Origin: an uncultured Gemmatimonadales bacterium
GTDB lineage: Bacteria > Gemmatimonadota > Gemmatimonadetes > Longimicrobiales > RSA9
Direction of reading: 5' to 3'
Length of the DNA stretch: 64,000 nt
NCBI GenBank assembly: GCA_963798085.1
Contig: CAWCRS010000002.1
Coordinates: forward strand, 352,001 to 416,000
Made by a program: the position numbers and the translations under genes. The notes beneath the pieces were generated by a model, which had not been told where the DNA came from, made no database searches, and saw only the letters and a program-made list of their open reading frames with translations. This document shows positions 22,096 through 32,940 of this stretch, piece by piece (within the stretch, counting starts at the first letter, position 1; the number at the start of each line of letters is the position of its first letter).

Positions 22096-22616
22096 TCAGC
22101 TCACCGCTTTCTTCACGAGTGCGCCGATCCTGGCCTCTTCAGCGGCGGTCAACTCCTTGAGCGCGAAGCCGGTCGGCCACATGCCGCCTTCGTCGAGGTT
22201 TGCCGCGTCGTTGAAGCCGAACGTCGCGTACCTCGATTTGAACTTCTGCGCGCTTTGGAAGAAGCAGACGACCTTGCCGTCCCTGGCATACGCGGGCATC
22301 CCGTACCAGGTTTTCGGCGAGAGGGCTGGCGCGCTGGCTTTGATGACAGCATGGAGCCGCCTGGCCATGGCCTGATCCGGTCCCTTCATCTCGGCGATCT
22401 TCGCCAGCACCTCGCCTTCCCCGTCCGCCTTGTTCGCGCCCGCGCCGCCGCGCATCTCGCCTTCAGCTCTTGCGCGCGCTCCTTCATCGCATCTCGTTCC
22501 TCGTCCGTAAATCCCCTGGACTTCTTGTTGCTCGCCGTGGTGCTCCTGCGGGACGCTTGCGTTGCCTTCCCCGGGGTGCTTCTGGTGGCCTTCTGCGTCG
22601 ACTTCTTTGGACTCAT
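22096..22616 (-). pseudogene. DUF1801 (YdhG-like) protein, frameshifted near 22455
   Basis: [19 protein letters not shown] in one frame; [29 protein letters not shown] in the next. Confidence 0.75.
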
Positions 22617-23634
22617 CGAGACCTCCTCATACTGACTCGGTTGGAACCCCCGCCGCAGTTCGAATGCGAACCTGCGTTATTCTAACATGCGTCGCCTGCC
22701 AATGAGCAAACCGGATCGGGGACGCGGTTCTCGGCAGGCCAACACCCTTGTACCCCCTGCCTCGCACGAGTCGCCCGGATGCAGGTACCTAACACTGCCT
22801 CATCTGGCACGCGCCGTCCCCAGCTTGGGCCAGGATCATGCGCGTCCTTGTAACCGCTCAGCGGCCATGGCGGTCGTTGGGCCTCTGGACCGCCGACGTT
22901 TCGTGACAGGCGTCATGTTCTGTAAGTCACGCATGCCTGCGAAACCTTGCCGGAGCTCCTCTTGCGGGAGACCGAGGTTCGCAGGCGTCAGGATCCATTC
23001 TCCTCGGCGCCCTCAGGTCCACGGCGCGCTCGGGCTGAATCGTGGCCCGTTCTCGAAATCCAATGTGTACTGGGTTCCGTTGGCGTGATGGCGGTTTCGC
23101 GACGGGTTCGAGCCGCTCGTGGCGCGGGCCGGTCGGCGCACTCCCAAACTACCACCCCGGCCGCCGCGCAGTTGCCGCATCGATGCTGATGAGATCACTT
23201 GCCGCTTTGCGGTGCAGCCCAAATTGAGTCGAACCTTCACCGTGGAGCAAGAAGGGAGCGACGTCACCTTCCAACGATCGAAGCGACATCGCCATTTGAC
23301 CGTTCATGCATTCCGCACATCACTGCGGAATCTGAATCCGCTGCTACAGTACAGCGATTGGGCCACACAAATCGGTTAATGTCCTCGTGGGCGGAGATCC
23401 TATTGAGAAATGACCTCAGGATTCGGGGGATGAGCGCAATGGAGGGGGCATTAAAGGGAGCCGGGCACCCACACGCTTGACTTCCAGTCCCCTCGCCGGC
23501 AACGTTGCCGGGTGCGCCCGGGGCGCCCGCGGGTCCGCGCGAAGGACTGAGTCCACCCCCTGAATCGAGTTCATGGCACGGCTGTCTCCGTGCTGGCCGG
23601 CTTGCGGACCGCTGGCTCTCAGCATGGAGGAACT

Positions 23635-25213
23635 ATGACAGCCAGGCAGCTGCCGTCCCGCCCCAGCCTCGACCAGCTCAAGCGGCTGGCGAAGGACCTG
23701 CTCCGCGACGCTCGCGCGAAAGACCTCGGCGCCCTCAGTCGCTTCCGCACCCTTCCGGCGTACGCCGCCACATCCGATGCCGCGCTCACCCGCGCGCCGC
23801 TCGCACTGCACGACGCGCAGTCAGTGATTGCCCGCGAGCACGGCTTCACATCATGGAACGAACTGCGTGAGCATGTCGAGGCGCTGACACTCGCGTTCGA
23901 TGCCGCCGTCGTCCAGTTCATCGAGGCGGCCACCGACGGCCGCACCGAGCGCGCGGAACGACTCCTCGCGCTGCACCCCGGTATTGCGCGCGCGAGCTTT
24001 CACACAGCGCTCCTCCTCGGCGACGCGGCAACGGCCGTGGCGCAGCTCGCCACGCAGCCCACGCTCGCCACCTCCCCGGCGGGCCGCGCGCGTGGGAGCC
24101 GCTCCTCTACGTCTGCCACACTCCGCGGCGCACGACAATGAAATGCGACGCGAGGGACTCGTCGTCATCGCGCGACGCCTCATCGCCCTCGGCGCAGATC
24201 CTGACACGCGGTTTCCGTGGCTCCACCACGGCGTGCACCGCCCCGTGCTGTGGGGTGCTGCTCGCATGACGCGCGTCCTGCCACTCGTGGAGCTGCTGCT
24301 CGACGCGGGAGCGGATCCCGAACGATGGCGTCACGCTGCCGCTCCGGTGGGCGCGGGCGACATCCCCGTACTCGAGCGACTCGTCGCGCACGGCGCCGAC
24401 GTGAATCAGCCCTGGGCCACGGACGGCGCAGCGTCGCTCTATGCGGCGCTCACCTGGGCGGGCACGTCGGACGGCGCGCACTGGCTGCTGCAGCATGGCG
24501 CGGATCCCGATCCGGTCTTTGCCGCGAATGGTGAGACGCCGCTGCACGTGGTGGCGCGCAGCTGGGACGTGTCGCTTGCCGATGCCCTCGTGAGCAACGG
24601 CGCCAATGTGTCGCGCCGGTCCGCAGCCGGCCGCACGCCCTACGCGGTCGCGGAGCTGGCAGGCAATCGCGCCGTCGCCGAGTGGTTGCTCGCGCACGGC
24701 GCGTCACCCGAGTTGTCCGCCGTGGACAGGCTCGTCGCCTCGTGCAGTCGCGGCGACCGTGCGGCCGCCGAGGCAATGCTCGCCGCCCGCCCCGCGCTCC
24801 GCGACGAGATCGGCGACGAGCATTACAACGTGCTCTACCAGGCGGCGGAGCGCGGCGACACATGGCGCTCGAGGCGATGCTGGCGTGCGGTTTCGACACG
24901 AACCGCCCTGACGCGTCGATCGGCAAGACAGCGCTCCACGTGGCCGCAATGGAAGGCTGGCCGGACGCGGTTCGTGTTCTGCTCGCGCACGGAGCATCGG
25001 TGTCCGCGCGCGATCGCGAATTCCACGGCCAGCCGCTCGATATGGGCGGCCGAGGGATCACGCAACGCGCGCGAGGGTCGCGATCACGCGGCGGTCGCGC
25101 GGCTGCTGCTGGACGCGGGCTCACCGGTCGACTGGGAGACGGGAGCGGAGCCGGCGGAGGGCATCGTCGATATCATCGCTGCGTGGAGCGAAATGGAGCC
25201 CGCCGGGCTGTAA
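23635..25213 (+). pseudogene. ankyrin repeat protein with LPxRPSLxQLK N-terminal domain, several frameshifts
   Basis: LPSRPSLDQLKRLAKDLL...AQSVIAREHGFTSW; ANK motifs GETPLHVVA, GRTPYAVA, GKTALHVAA across three frames; GGAGG RBS. Confidence 0.75.
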
Positions 25214-25595
25214 GCGTGCGTTAGGTTACGCGCAACCGCAGGGCCGATCGCAGCGGAAGTGTAGTGGATGCTCGTGGCGGCGAACGGTGATGATCGCGGG
25301 TTGCGGATGCGAAGCGCTCCCGATCATCGCCGGCGCTGCTGCAAGCGCGCGTTTCGTTGCGCTCAGTGGCCCAATCCCTGTGGACGAGCAACGTCTCCGC
25401 AATGAGCGTGGTCGTACGATTGGTCGATTCGTGCACTTGTGAGCAGGTGGCGTGTTGCGAGCGATACATGACCATCGCCATCGGCAATCCCTGAATCGTC
25501 CAGTCCGTTGATCGCAGCCCGGGTCTAACGCGGGCACGCATGGCTCTGACTTGGTCAGGCAAGCCGGATACTCCACTGCGTGACGTGTATCCACA

Positions 25596-26516
25596 TCACA
25601 CATAATCCTCGGCGACAAGCGCGCGTTGAATCGAGATCGCGGCCCGTGCTCCGCTGGCAGCCGCCAGGACCACTTGCTGGGCATGCGTGGTCATGTCGCC
25701 AGCGGCATACACCCCGCGCACGGAGGTCTGTCCATCGTCGTTCACGCGGACGCTTCCGTCATCGGTGTGCTCACAAGCCAATTGTCTTGAAAGATCGCTA
25801 CCAGGACCCTGGGGCGGCCGCACGAACATCGCCCTGCGCTCGAGCACGCAACCATCGGAGAGGACAATCCACTCCAGACCGGATTCGCCCTCCAACCGGA
25901 CAATGCGCTCTTCTCTCAGGCCGATCCCATGACGACTCAGAAAGGCCCGATCGTCGTGATCGAGACCCGCTGGGCCATCCGAGCAGAGAACAAGGTCGCG
26001 GCTCCAACCGAGAAGCAGTCGGGCAAACTCAATGCTCTCCCGTCCACGGCCATAAACTGCGAACGGCGCATCGCGCACCTCCCAACCATGGCAGAAGGGA
26101 CAATGGAGGACGCCCTTCCCCCAGAGGCGATCGATACCTTCGATCGTGGGCAATTCGTCCACCACTCCCGTGGCAAGCAGAACCCGCCTTGCGGATTCAA
26201 TGCTTCCATCGTCCAGCCGCACCATGAAATTCTCGCCTGATCGCTCTATCAGCATGGCCCGTGCGGATGTCATGTGAACGCTCGTGTAGGGGCGTAGCTG
26301 ATCGCGACCGAGGACGAGCAGTTCGAGCGGCGAGGCGCCGTCGCGCGTGAAGAAGCTGTGAGCCGCTGGTGACGGCGCATTGCGCGGAGGTCCACCATCC
26401 AATACCAGGGTGCGCCGCCTCGCGCGACCAAGAACGAGGGCCGCACTCAGGCCTGCGCTGCCGGCACCTACCACAACGACATCCAGCATGACCCTCCTAT
26501 CGATTCGATTTGCCAT
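25596..26516 (-). CDS. thioredoxin-reductase-like NAD(P)/FAD oxidoreductase
   Basis: VVVGAGSAG, LLATG, HCPFCHGWE, GVYAAGD. Confidence 0.9.
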   Translation of the reverse strand: MANRIDRRVMLDVVVVGAGSAGLSAALVLGRARRRTLVLDGGPPRNAPSPAAHSFFTRDGASPLELLVLGRDQLRPYTSVHMTSARAMLIERSGENFMVRLDDGSIESARRVLLATGVVDELPTIEGIDRLWGKGVLHCPFCHGWEVRDAPFAVYGRGRESIEFARLLLGWSRDLVLCSDGPAGLDHDDRAFLSRHGIGLREERIVRLEGESGLEWIVLSDGCVLERRAMFVRPPQGPGSDLSRQLACEHTDDGSVRVNDDGQTSVRGVYAAGDMTTHAQQVVLAAASGARAAISIQRALVAEDYV

Positions 26517-26858
26517 GAAACAGCGTTACTTCCAGCAGGCATTCCGTCGACTCCGACGGCGGTGCCGGCCAGCCCTTCAGGACCGGTTTCGACCTGCCTT
26601 CCTGCGACTCGACCGAGCTATTGCAAACGCATGGAGATTGCAATACGACACGAAGAGGAGCTCGCCGCCAACGCCCAGGGCCCACGCCGTAACCGAGGTC
26701 GGCGGCAGCCGCTCGCCCCACCGCTGATGCTGGACGCACTCGACGGCGCTCGCCGTCGTTGGAATCAGCGCCAGCCCGCGGTAGATCGAGGAGTCTGTTC
26801 GCATCGACACAGGTGAGTTGGGCGATCTGACAGCGCGTCTGAACTGCGGCGTGGACCG

Positions 26859-27296
26859 TCAGCTTCCCGCGCTCGTTTGGCGCCTGCCCGCAGCGAAGAA
26901 CGCGAAGCCAAGCGAGACGGTTATCGCAACCGCCATGACCAGAGGAATGGCGAAGAAGAACTTCCACACGATCACAGCGTTCACCAGAAAACCGACGCAG
27001 AGAGACGCAATGATTGGACGCAGGGTAATAGTCTGACTCTTTGCCAGGGCCGCCAGCTGCCAGAGGACGACGGCCTGGACAAGGAGATAGCCAGTGATTG
27101 CGACGCCAAAACCGTAGTAAAAGTCCCAGTAGGTTCTCGTCACCCCGGCTGTTTCGAAGTGCTGCGACTTCATTGCCTCCAACACCGCCATCTCGCCCGC
27201 GCCCTGGGCCGGCGTCCAGGGCATGCCCGAGGTGTGACCAGCACAGTAGAGGAGCGTGAGAACCGAGGCGACGCGCAGGAAGATCGAGGGTCTCAA
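26859..27296 (-). CDS. 4-TM membrane protein
   Basis: LRVASVLTLLYCAGHT...RTYWDFYYGFG; TTG start after AGGGG; upstream part of the ORF is unlikely to be coding. Confidence 0.6.
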   Translation of the reverse strand: MRPSIFLRVASVLTLLYCAGHTSGMPWTPAQGAGEMAVLEAMKSQHFETAGVTRTYWDFYYGFGVAITGYLLVQAVVLWQLAALAKSQTITLRPIIASLCVGFLVNAVIVWKFFFAIPLVMAVAITVSLGFAFFAAGRRQTSAGS

Positions 27297-27700
27297 AGAG
27301 TTCCCCTGTTTGCCTTTGATGGTCCGCGGAAAGCTGTTCTCGGCCGCCAACACCCGTGTAACCGGCCTCATGACAGGTTGAAGGCGGCGGATGAAATGCC
27401 GCTGCCGCACTATCCTAGGCGGCCTCGCCAGCTCGTGGCAAGGGCCAACGCGGTCCCTGTATCGGCGCGCGGGGTGAGAAGCGGCAGACAACGCTGAACC
27501 CGAGACGGTGCGCGTTGGACGTGTGCCGATCATGGTGGTCGTTCACCATTGGCTGCGACCATTGGTACGTGCTTCTTTCACGGACGGGAGTTCCTGCAGT
27601 CAGGTTGCGTTCTCCTCGGAGCGTGGCCAGCGTGTATCAACCCAATGTTAGAAGCCCGGACGCTGGTTGAGAATCGCGCCATCACTGGACCGCCTGCCTG

Positions 27701-28498
27701 TCACAAGATCAAGCGGATCACCATCCAGATCAACCCGACCAGGAGCACGATGGCCAACGTCGCCAGGGAACCCAGCACGAACCCGAGGCTGATGAGCGAC
27801 AGGCGCACGAGCTTGCGGACATCGGCCTTCAGCTTTGGCGGCACACGGCGACGCTCCTTCAACAGCGGGACGACGGTGCGGAGCAGATCTTCCCGCATGC
27901 TTTCCACATGAATCGTGTGACCGGACGGGTCAGCCAAATGGGCCTGGTCGCTTGAACCAGCCACCACCACTCTGATGATCCCCAACCCCAGTTCCGTGCT
28001 GACGCGCTCCTCCCATTGCTGCCAGCTCTCCTGTGAATGATCCAGCAGGTGAAGCGGCAACCGGATGATGTTCTTGCCGAATAGCACTCGATACCAGACA
28101 CCGTACCAGAAGCCAGCCGACAGCCCGAGGCTCATGAGCAATCCGGTCATCGCGAAATCGGCTTGCTCGCGAAAACGCTGGATCATGCCTGGCCGGTCCT
28201 GGTCCGGTCGAGGCACCAGGAACAGCAACGAGTCCGACTGATTCAGACCCTTCTTGATCAGGTAATCCAGCCCATAGGCCTGCCATGGGGGAACGCGTCG
28301 GCGGCGATCGAACCAGACTTCGAGACCTTCAGCCTCGAGAACTTCGGCAATGGACTCGACGTATTCGCTGTGCTGCCGGGTCTTGTAGGAAAGGAACACC
28401 TGGTTGTGCACGAATTCCCGACGCGAATCGGTTGACACCGTTGTCCGCGTGGAGGCGTTTGCATCGGGTATCACTGGTACCATCGTCGGTTCGTTCAT
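27701..28498 (-). CDS. TIR-domain protein with transmembrane segments
   Basis: VFLSYK...LEAEGLEVWFD (TIR_2 N-terminus); SWQQWE resembles the catalytic-Glu motif; hydrophobic C-terminus. Confidence 0.7.
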   Translation of the reverse strand: MNEPTMVPVIPDANASTRTTVSTDSRREFVHNQVFLSYKTRQHSEYVESIAEVLEAEGLEVWFDRRRRVPPWQAYGLDYLIKKGLNQSDSLLFLVPRPDQDRPGMIQRFREQADFAMTGLLMSLGLSAGFWYGVWYRVLFGKNIIRLPLHLLDHSQESWQQWEERVSTELGLGIIRVVVAGSSDQAHLADPSGHTIHVESMREDLLRTVVPLLKERRRVPPKLKADVRKLVRLSLISLGFVLGSLATLAIVLLVGLIWMVIRLIL

Positions 28499-28562
28499 CC
28501 CCGTATGATGCGCTGATCCTGCTGACTGCGGGTCACTTCGGCAATGGAGTGAGCGTAGTGGC

Positions 28563-28700
28563 AGTCAGCGTGTGCGGACTCACGACGCGCAGGGCCCCGT
28601 CGCGGCGCAGGCGTGTCCGCGCCCATCACAGGCTACACGCATCGGCCGCTGCGCGGCCCGCCGCGCGAGCGCGCAGCCGGCATGAACTAGCGTGTTAGGT
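28563..28700. repeat. attC-like repeat
   Basis: GGCGCAGGCGTGTCCGCGCCC core; ends CATGAACTAGCGTGTTAGGT; left R box eroded. Confidence 0.8.
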
Positions 28701-28910
28701 GATACGGCGAACACCAGATCACCGCTATGTACGTCGGCATCTCGTGACACCACAAGCGTTCGATCAATGGTGGACCAACGTGCTTTGCAATTGGCGACTC
28801 CCGGCTCAATGTCATGCGGAAAACTGATGTGCTGCACGGGGCGGCGCCCTGCTGCGTCGGCTGGCTTCCGGATCGAACGCTATGGCCTGGAAAGAGGCGG
28901 TTCTGATGGC

Positions 28911-29054
28911 AGCGGACGTGTCGGCGGTTCACGATGTGCCGAAGGCGATCGACAGGGCGGCGCAGGCCTTTGCGCGCCCTTCCAGACCTGCCCGCCTCGG
29001 CCACTGCGCGGCCGGCGGCCGACAGGCCAACGGTCGTCAAGTGACATGTTAGCT
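28911..29054. repeat. attC-like repeat
   Basis: GTTCACGATGTGCCG...CTGCGCGGCCGGCGGCCGACAGGCC...GTTAGCT; left R box eroded. Confidence 0.8.
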
Positions 29055-29382
29055 GATGCAGACTGGGGCCCCTGGCAGTCCTGCCATCAAGCATCGGCAT
29101 GCGACGAACCTGCCGAGGTGGATGTCAACGTCCAGACCACGTGTCCACGCACCACGGATGGGCTGCGCACCCCTGCCACCATCCACCCATGTGAGTTGCG
29201 AACACCTCGCCAATACCGCTTTGCCCGGATGATCTGCTCGTCAGTGATAATGTGCAGTTAGACGGCGCCATTGCGAGCCGTACAATGGGTCCGGTGCAGT
29301 TGTCAGAGCGATCGCACGGAGCATCATCGAGTGACGCCAGGTGGACGTCGCGCTGGTCAGACGCGTGACCCCGATCATCATG

Positions 29383-29769
29383 CTACGCCTCGCCTCGGCC
29401 CGCGGCCCGCCTGGAACGATATGTCATCCACAGGCCGCGCGCGCACAGGATCATCGTGACCCAGCCCGTTGCGCTGAGCGCGAGCAAAGTCCAGACAAAG
29501 AAGAACCCGCCCGACTTGCCGATGACGATTCCCCGCGAGTGAACGATGATCATACCCGCCGAGAACAAGCCGCCGAAGAACATGATGACATAACCCCAAA
29601 CCCGACCGGAGAGCATGAGCGTTGCGTAGAGCCACAGCGCGAAGACCAGCACCGGAATAGGGTAGAGGTTCGCTCCCTCAGCTTGCCGAATCACGTCGTG
29701 GGTGAAGTGAAGCATCAGAAAAAGCAGCGACAGCAGGGACATGACGGTCAGCGTGACGTTCTGTTTCAT
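29383..29769 (-). CDS. 4-TM membrane protein
   Basis: 128-aa hydrophobic ORF; LMLHFTHDVIR. Confidence 0.6.
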   Translation of the reverse strand: MKQNVTLTVMSLLSLLFLMLHFTHDVIRQAEGANLYPIPVLVFALWLYATLMLSGRVWGYVIMFFGGLFSAGMIIVHSRGIVIGKSGGFFFVWTLLALSATGWVTMILCARGLWMTYRSRRAAGRGEA

Positions 29770-29931
29770 CGTACCGTCCGGCTGAGGTGGATCACCTGTG
29801 AGCGAGCCGTGCGAGAGGCCCGTGCCGTGGTTTCATGCTGGCGGCCGCTGCACCCGGGGATCGCTTGAACGACGGAAGCGCGTGACCCGGCTGGTGAGCT
29901 CCGATCATGCAAGCCAGCCGGTGGCCGGGGC

Positions 29932-30515
29932 TCAACAGACGAACGGGATCAAGCGTTTGCGCTTGCTCATGAACCGGCGGTAGGGTTCGCCGACAACAGC
30001 CAATAGCGCTCGCTCTTCCACGGCGATCCGGTACATGTAGACTGCGGCCAATGGAAGGGTCAGCAGTGCCGCAGACACCCAGCTGCCCAACGCCATTCCG
30101 ATCCCGGCATTCAAGATGATTCCCGCCGTGTACGAGGGGTGGCGCAATCGGGTATACGCGCCACGGCCCACAATCTCTTGTTCTGGCCGGGCTTGCACAT
30201 CCCCCGTGAATGACGAACCGAGCCTGCGCCAACAATGCCTCCGGAAAGGCTCCCCGCTATGAGCAGACCACCCCCGGCATAGAGCGCGACCACTCTGAGG
30301 CCGGTTGGGAATTGCAGGGCCGATACCCACGCGAGGGGAAACAATGCAGGGAAGGCAGGCGACTGGCCGAGCAGCATAACCTGAAGCGACTTCGCATCGG
30401 TAACGCCGTGGGCCCGGCGTGCCCGCTTTATGATGGCACGTTCAGGCCAATAAGCCCACAGGAATACGGCCCAGAACGGCAACGCGTACGGCCAAACGAA
30501 TGGGAGTGGCTTCAT
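29932..30515 (-). pseudogene. isoprenylcysteine carboxylmethyltransferase family protein, frameshifted near 30240
   Basis: LGSSFTGDV...GAYTRLRHPSYTA...RIAVEERALL...RKRLIPF; N-terminus lies in another frame. Confidence 0.75.
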
Positions 30516-30710
30516 GCCTTCCTTCATGGACCCAGCTGCGGTCATGTGCAGCTACCACCCTCGGCCGGTCAAACTTGTACATCAGCCTCAAGCCCGTCAA
30601 CGGCCGCGCGGGTTCATCTCTTGTTGGAGCGCCACGCGCGGGCGCTTGCAGCGTTGCATGACGCCTCGGGGTGCGATCCACGAATCGCGCCCATCCGCCA
30701 ACCGATCCGT

Positions 30711-31294
30711 GTCGGAGGAGAACGGAGGTCGCCCACCGCCCCCTCCACAGATCCGGACGTGCAGGATCACCGCATCCGGCGCCTGCCTCAAGTGGTAACG
30801 CCGAAGCGCACGAGCGGATACCAGGACGGATTGGGTGCCATGTCAGCCGGTTCCTCGGCCTTGTTCGGCGGCTTCTGCGGTGCTACCAGGCTGTCCGACA
30901 ACTCGTGCTCGTTCATCACCGGTGTGTGTCCTTGGACTTCCCGGTGCGGTCTGTAAGAAGCTCACTGGCAGACAAGCACGAGGTCCCGCGGTTCCCACGT
31001 GAGGTGCGTCCATGCATGCACGGGGTCTCTGACCGCGCCGGGTCCCTTCGCGTCTCGCCCAATCGACGCGTCAGGTGTGGCCTTCCGCTTTGCCCGAGAG
31101 CGTCGGCACCCGAATCGCCCGCCATAGGACGGGGAAGCCATTTTCACGGCTCAATACCTGGCCTGCCCTTCCCCTGTCAACGCTTCGCCGCCACCTCACG
31201 AGTGACAACGCATGACGCGGGGCCAATGTGGGTGGCTGCCTTTCAGCGTATGATTCTTTCATTCACAACACTCGACCGGTTTTGACCGGCGCAC
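30711..31294 (-). mobile_element. ORF-less (internally deleted) group II intron, ~584 nt
   Basis: 5' GTGCG at 31294; domain I-like GGCCCCGCGTCATGCG...GCGAAGCGTTGACAGGGG...TTGAGCCGTGAAA; DV GCGCCGGATGCGGTGATCCTGCACGTCCGGATCT (~30749-30782); 3' end ...CCGAC; only the last codons of the maturase remain (YPLVRFGVTT*). Confidence 0.85.
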
Positions 31295-31309
31295 CGTGCA
31301 CCGGCTTTC

Positions 31310-31455
31310 AGATAACGTCTCGGTTGTTCACGACGTGCCGGAGCCGACCGCCGACGCGACGACGCAGGCATGCCCGCGCCCTTCCCATGCTGCCCGCCTC
31401 GGGCAACTGCGCGGCGAGCGGCCGACGGGCCGCGCGGGGCAATTTTGTGTTAGAT
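31310..31455. repeat. attC-like repeat
   Basis: AGATAAC GTCTCGGTT GTTCACG...GTTAGAT. Confidence 0.85.
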
Positions 31456-32029
31456 CGCGTGCTGCGCCCCCGTTGCGTCGCCGCTGCACCCTTGTCAATC
31501 GACGTGACTGCCTCGCTTCTGCCGTGCATGTCAGTCAGGCGGTGAGTCGACCGCGTTGCGGGCAATGGGCCAGCGGCGCGATGTCGCGACGACTGCGAGT
31601 TGCGCCGACAGCTTCGGCCAACCGGTGTCTTGACCGGCCGGAATGCCTACACGGTAAGGGCCGTTCCCTGACAGTCACGGCGACCCCGCGGGTGATCTTG
31701 GAAACGGCTCCATGAACCTCGAGGAGGGCGTGAGGACCACTACCGAGCGTGGATCGGACGTCGGCCGGCCCGTTGGTGGAACGGATACAGCGGCATGCCC
31801 GCGAAGACGCTCCTGCTTGCCTGTGGCATTCTCCTGCCCGGCGTTCTGCCGCTCGAGCGACGTCCTCGCGTCTGAACGATATGCCGGCCAGTGCTACATC
31901 AGGCAATGAGCCAGTTCGTCGCACTCGAGCGCCAACCCGAGCCCCGCGTCGCGTTGGCGGGCAGTGGCGGGCGTGCGGCGTATGAACCTGGATTGATGGC
32001 ACTCTCATAACGCAGGAGGTGCCGACGAC

Positions 32030-32788
32030 ATGGATCGGGGGCCAGGGAGCGCATGGCCGTCTGCGTCAGTGAGGACCTCTGGACGATCGTCCTGGGTCGC
32101 AGGAGGATTCGACTTGTCACTCCGCAGGATTCTGCTCGGCTGCGGCGTGGTTTCATCGCTTCTCTACGCCGTCGCGATCAATGTTCTGGCGCCGCTGGTA
32201 CACCCGGAATACCACAGCTACACGTATCGAATGGTCAGCGAACTATTCGCCGTCCACGCCCCGACGCGTCCGCTCCTCGGTCCTCCAATGATCGTCTACA
32301 ACCTGCTTGTTCTTTCCTTCGCGATCGGCGTGTGGATGTCGGCTCGGGGAAAGCGAGTTACACGATACACAGCCGTGGCACTGGCTGCATATTTCGTCGT
32401 GAGCACAACCGCATGGTTCTTCGCTTCAATGGATGTGCGAGGCACTCCAGGTTTGACGGCGCGCAATGTCGTACATGTTGCGGCCACAGCTGTGCAGGGA
32501 ATCGCCATGCTATCGGCACTCGTGCTGGGCGGCTTCGTACACGGGCTGCGGTTCCGTCTCTATACATTCGCGACTCTTGCGACGTGCGTCGTGTTTGGTG
32601 CGTTTGCAGGCCTGCTGGCCGCCGGAAACCCATCTCCGTGGCTTGGAACCGCAGAGCGGGTATCCATCTATGCGTGGCTGCTATGGGTGGGCGCATTGGC
32701 CATCGCATTCCTGCGCGCTCCAGAGGCGAAGCGCACCTCGGCGCCGGCGGCGAGTCTGCAAGGCCCGAAGGCGGAGCGTGTCAGCTAA
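32030..32788 (+). CDS. DUF998-like membrane protein, opposite to array orientation
   Basis: YHSYTYRMVSELFAVHAP...HV...GTAERVSIYAWLLW; stop lies inside the attC R box. Confidence 0.7.
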   Translation: MDRGPGSAWPSASVRTSGRSSWVAGGFDLSLRRILLGCGVVSSLLYAVAINVLAPLVHPEYHSYTYRMVSELFAVHAPTRPLLGPPMIVYNLLVLSFAIGVWMSARGKRVTRYTAVALAAYFVVSTTAWFFASMDVRGTPGLTARNVVHVAATAVQGIAMLSALVLGGFVHGLRFRLYTFATLATCVVFGAFAGLLAAGNPSPWLGTAERVSIYAWLLWVGALAIAFLRAPEAKRTSAPAASLQGPKAERVS

Positions 32789-32923
32789 TGTCTCGGTTGT
32801 TCACGACGGGGCGGAGCGGACCGGGGCGGCCCAGGCTTGCCTGGGCCTTCACGGCGCGCGACATCATGCATCGACTGCCGGCACGGCGGCCGACAGACCG
32901 CCGTGCTGAGTGACGTGTTAAAT
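32783..32923. repeat. attC-like repeat
   Basis: AGCTAAT GTCTCGGTT GTTCACG...GACGTGTTAAAT. Confidence 0.8.
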
Positions 32924-32940
32924 GCAATGGAGTGCGGCGC

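Noticed and set aside
18193..25226. Isolated GTTAG motifs at ~18193 and ~25220, and TTCTAAC at ~22680, as attC relics
   Set aside because: They sit at gene boundaries but lack L-box or core similarity, so they cannot be distinguished from chance.
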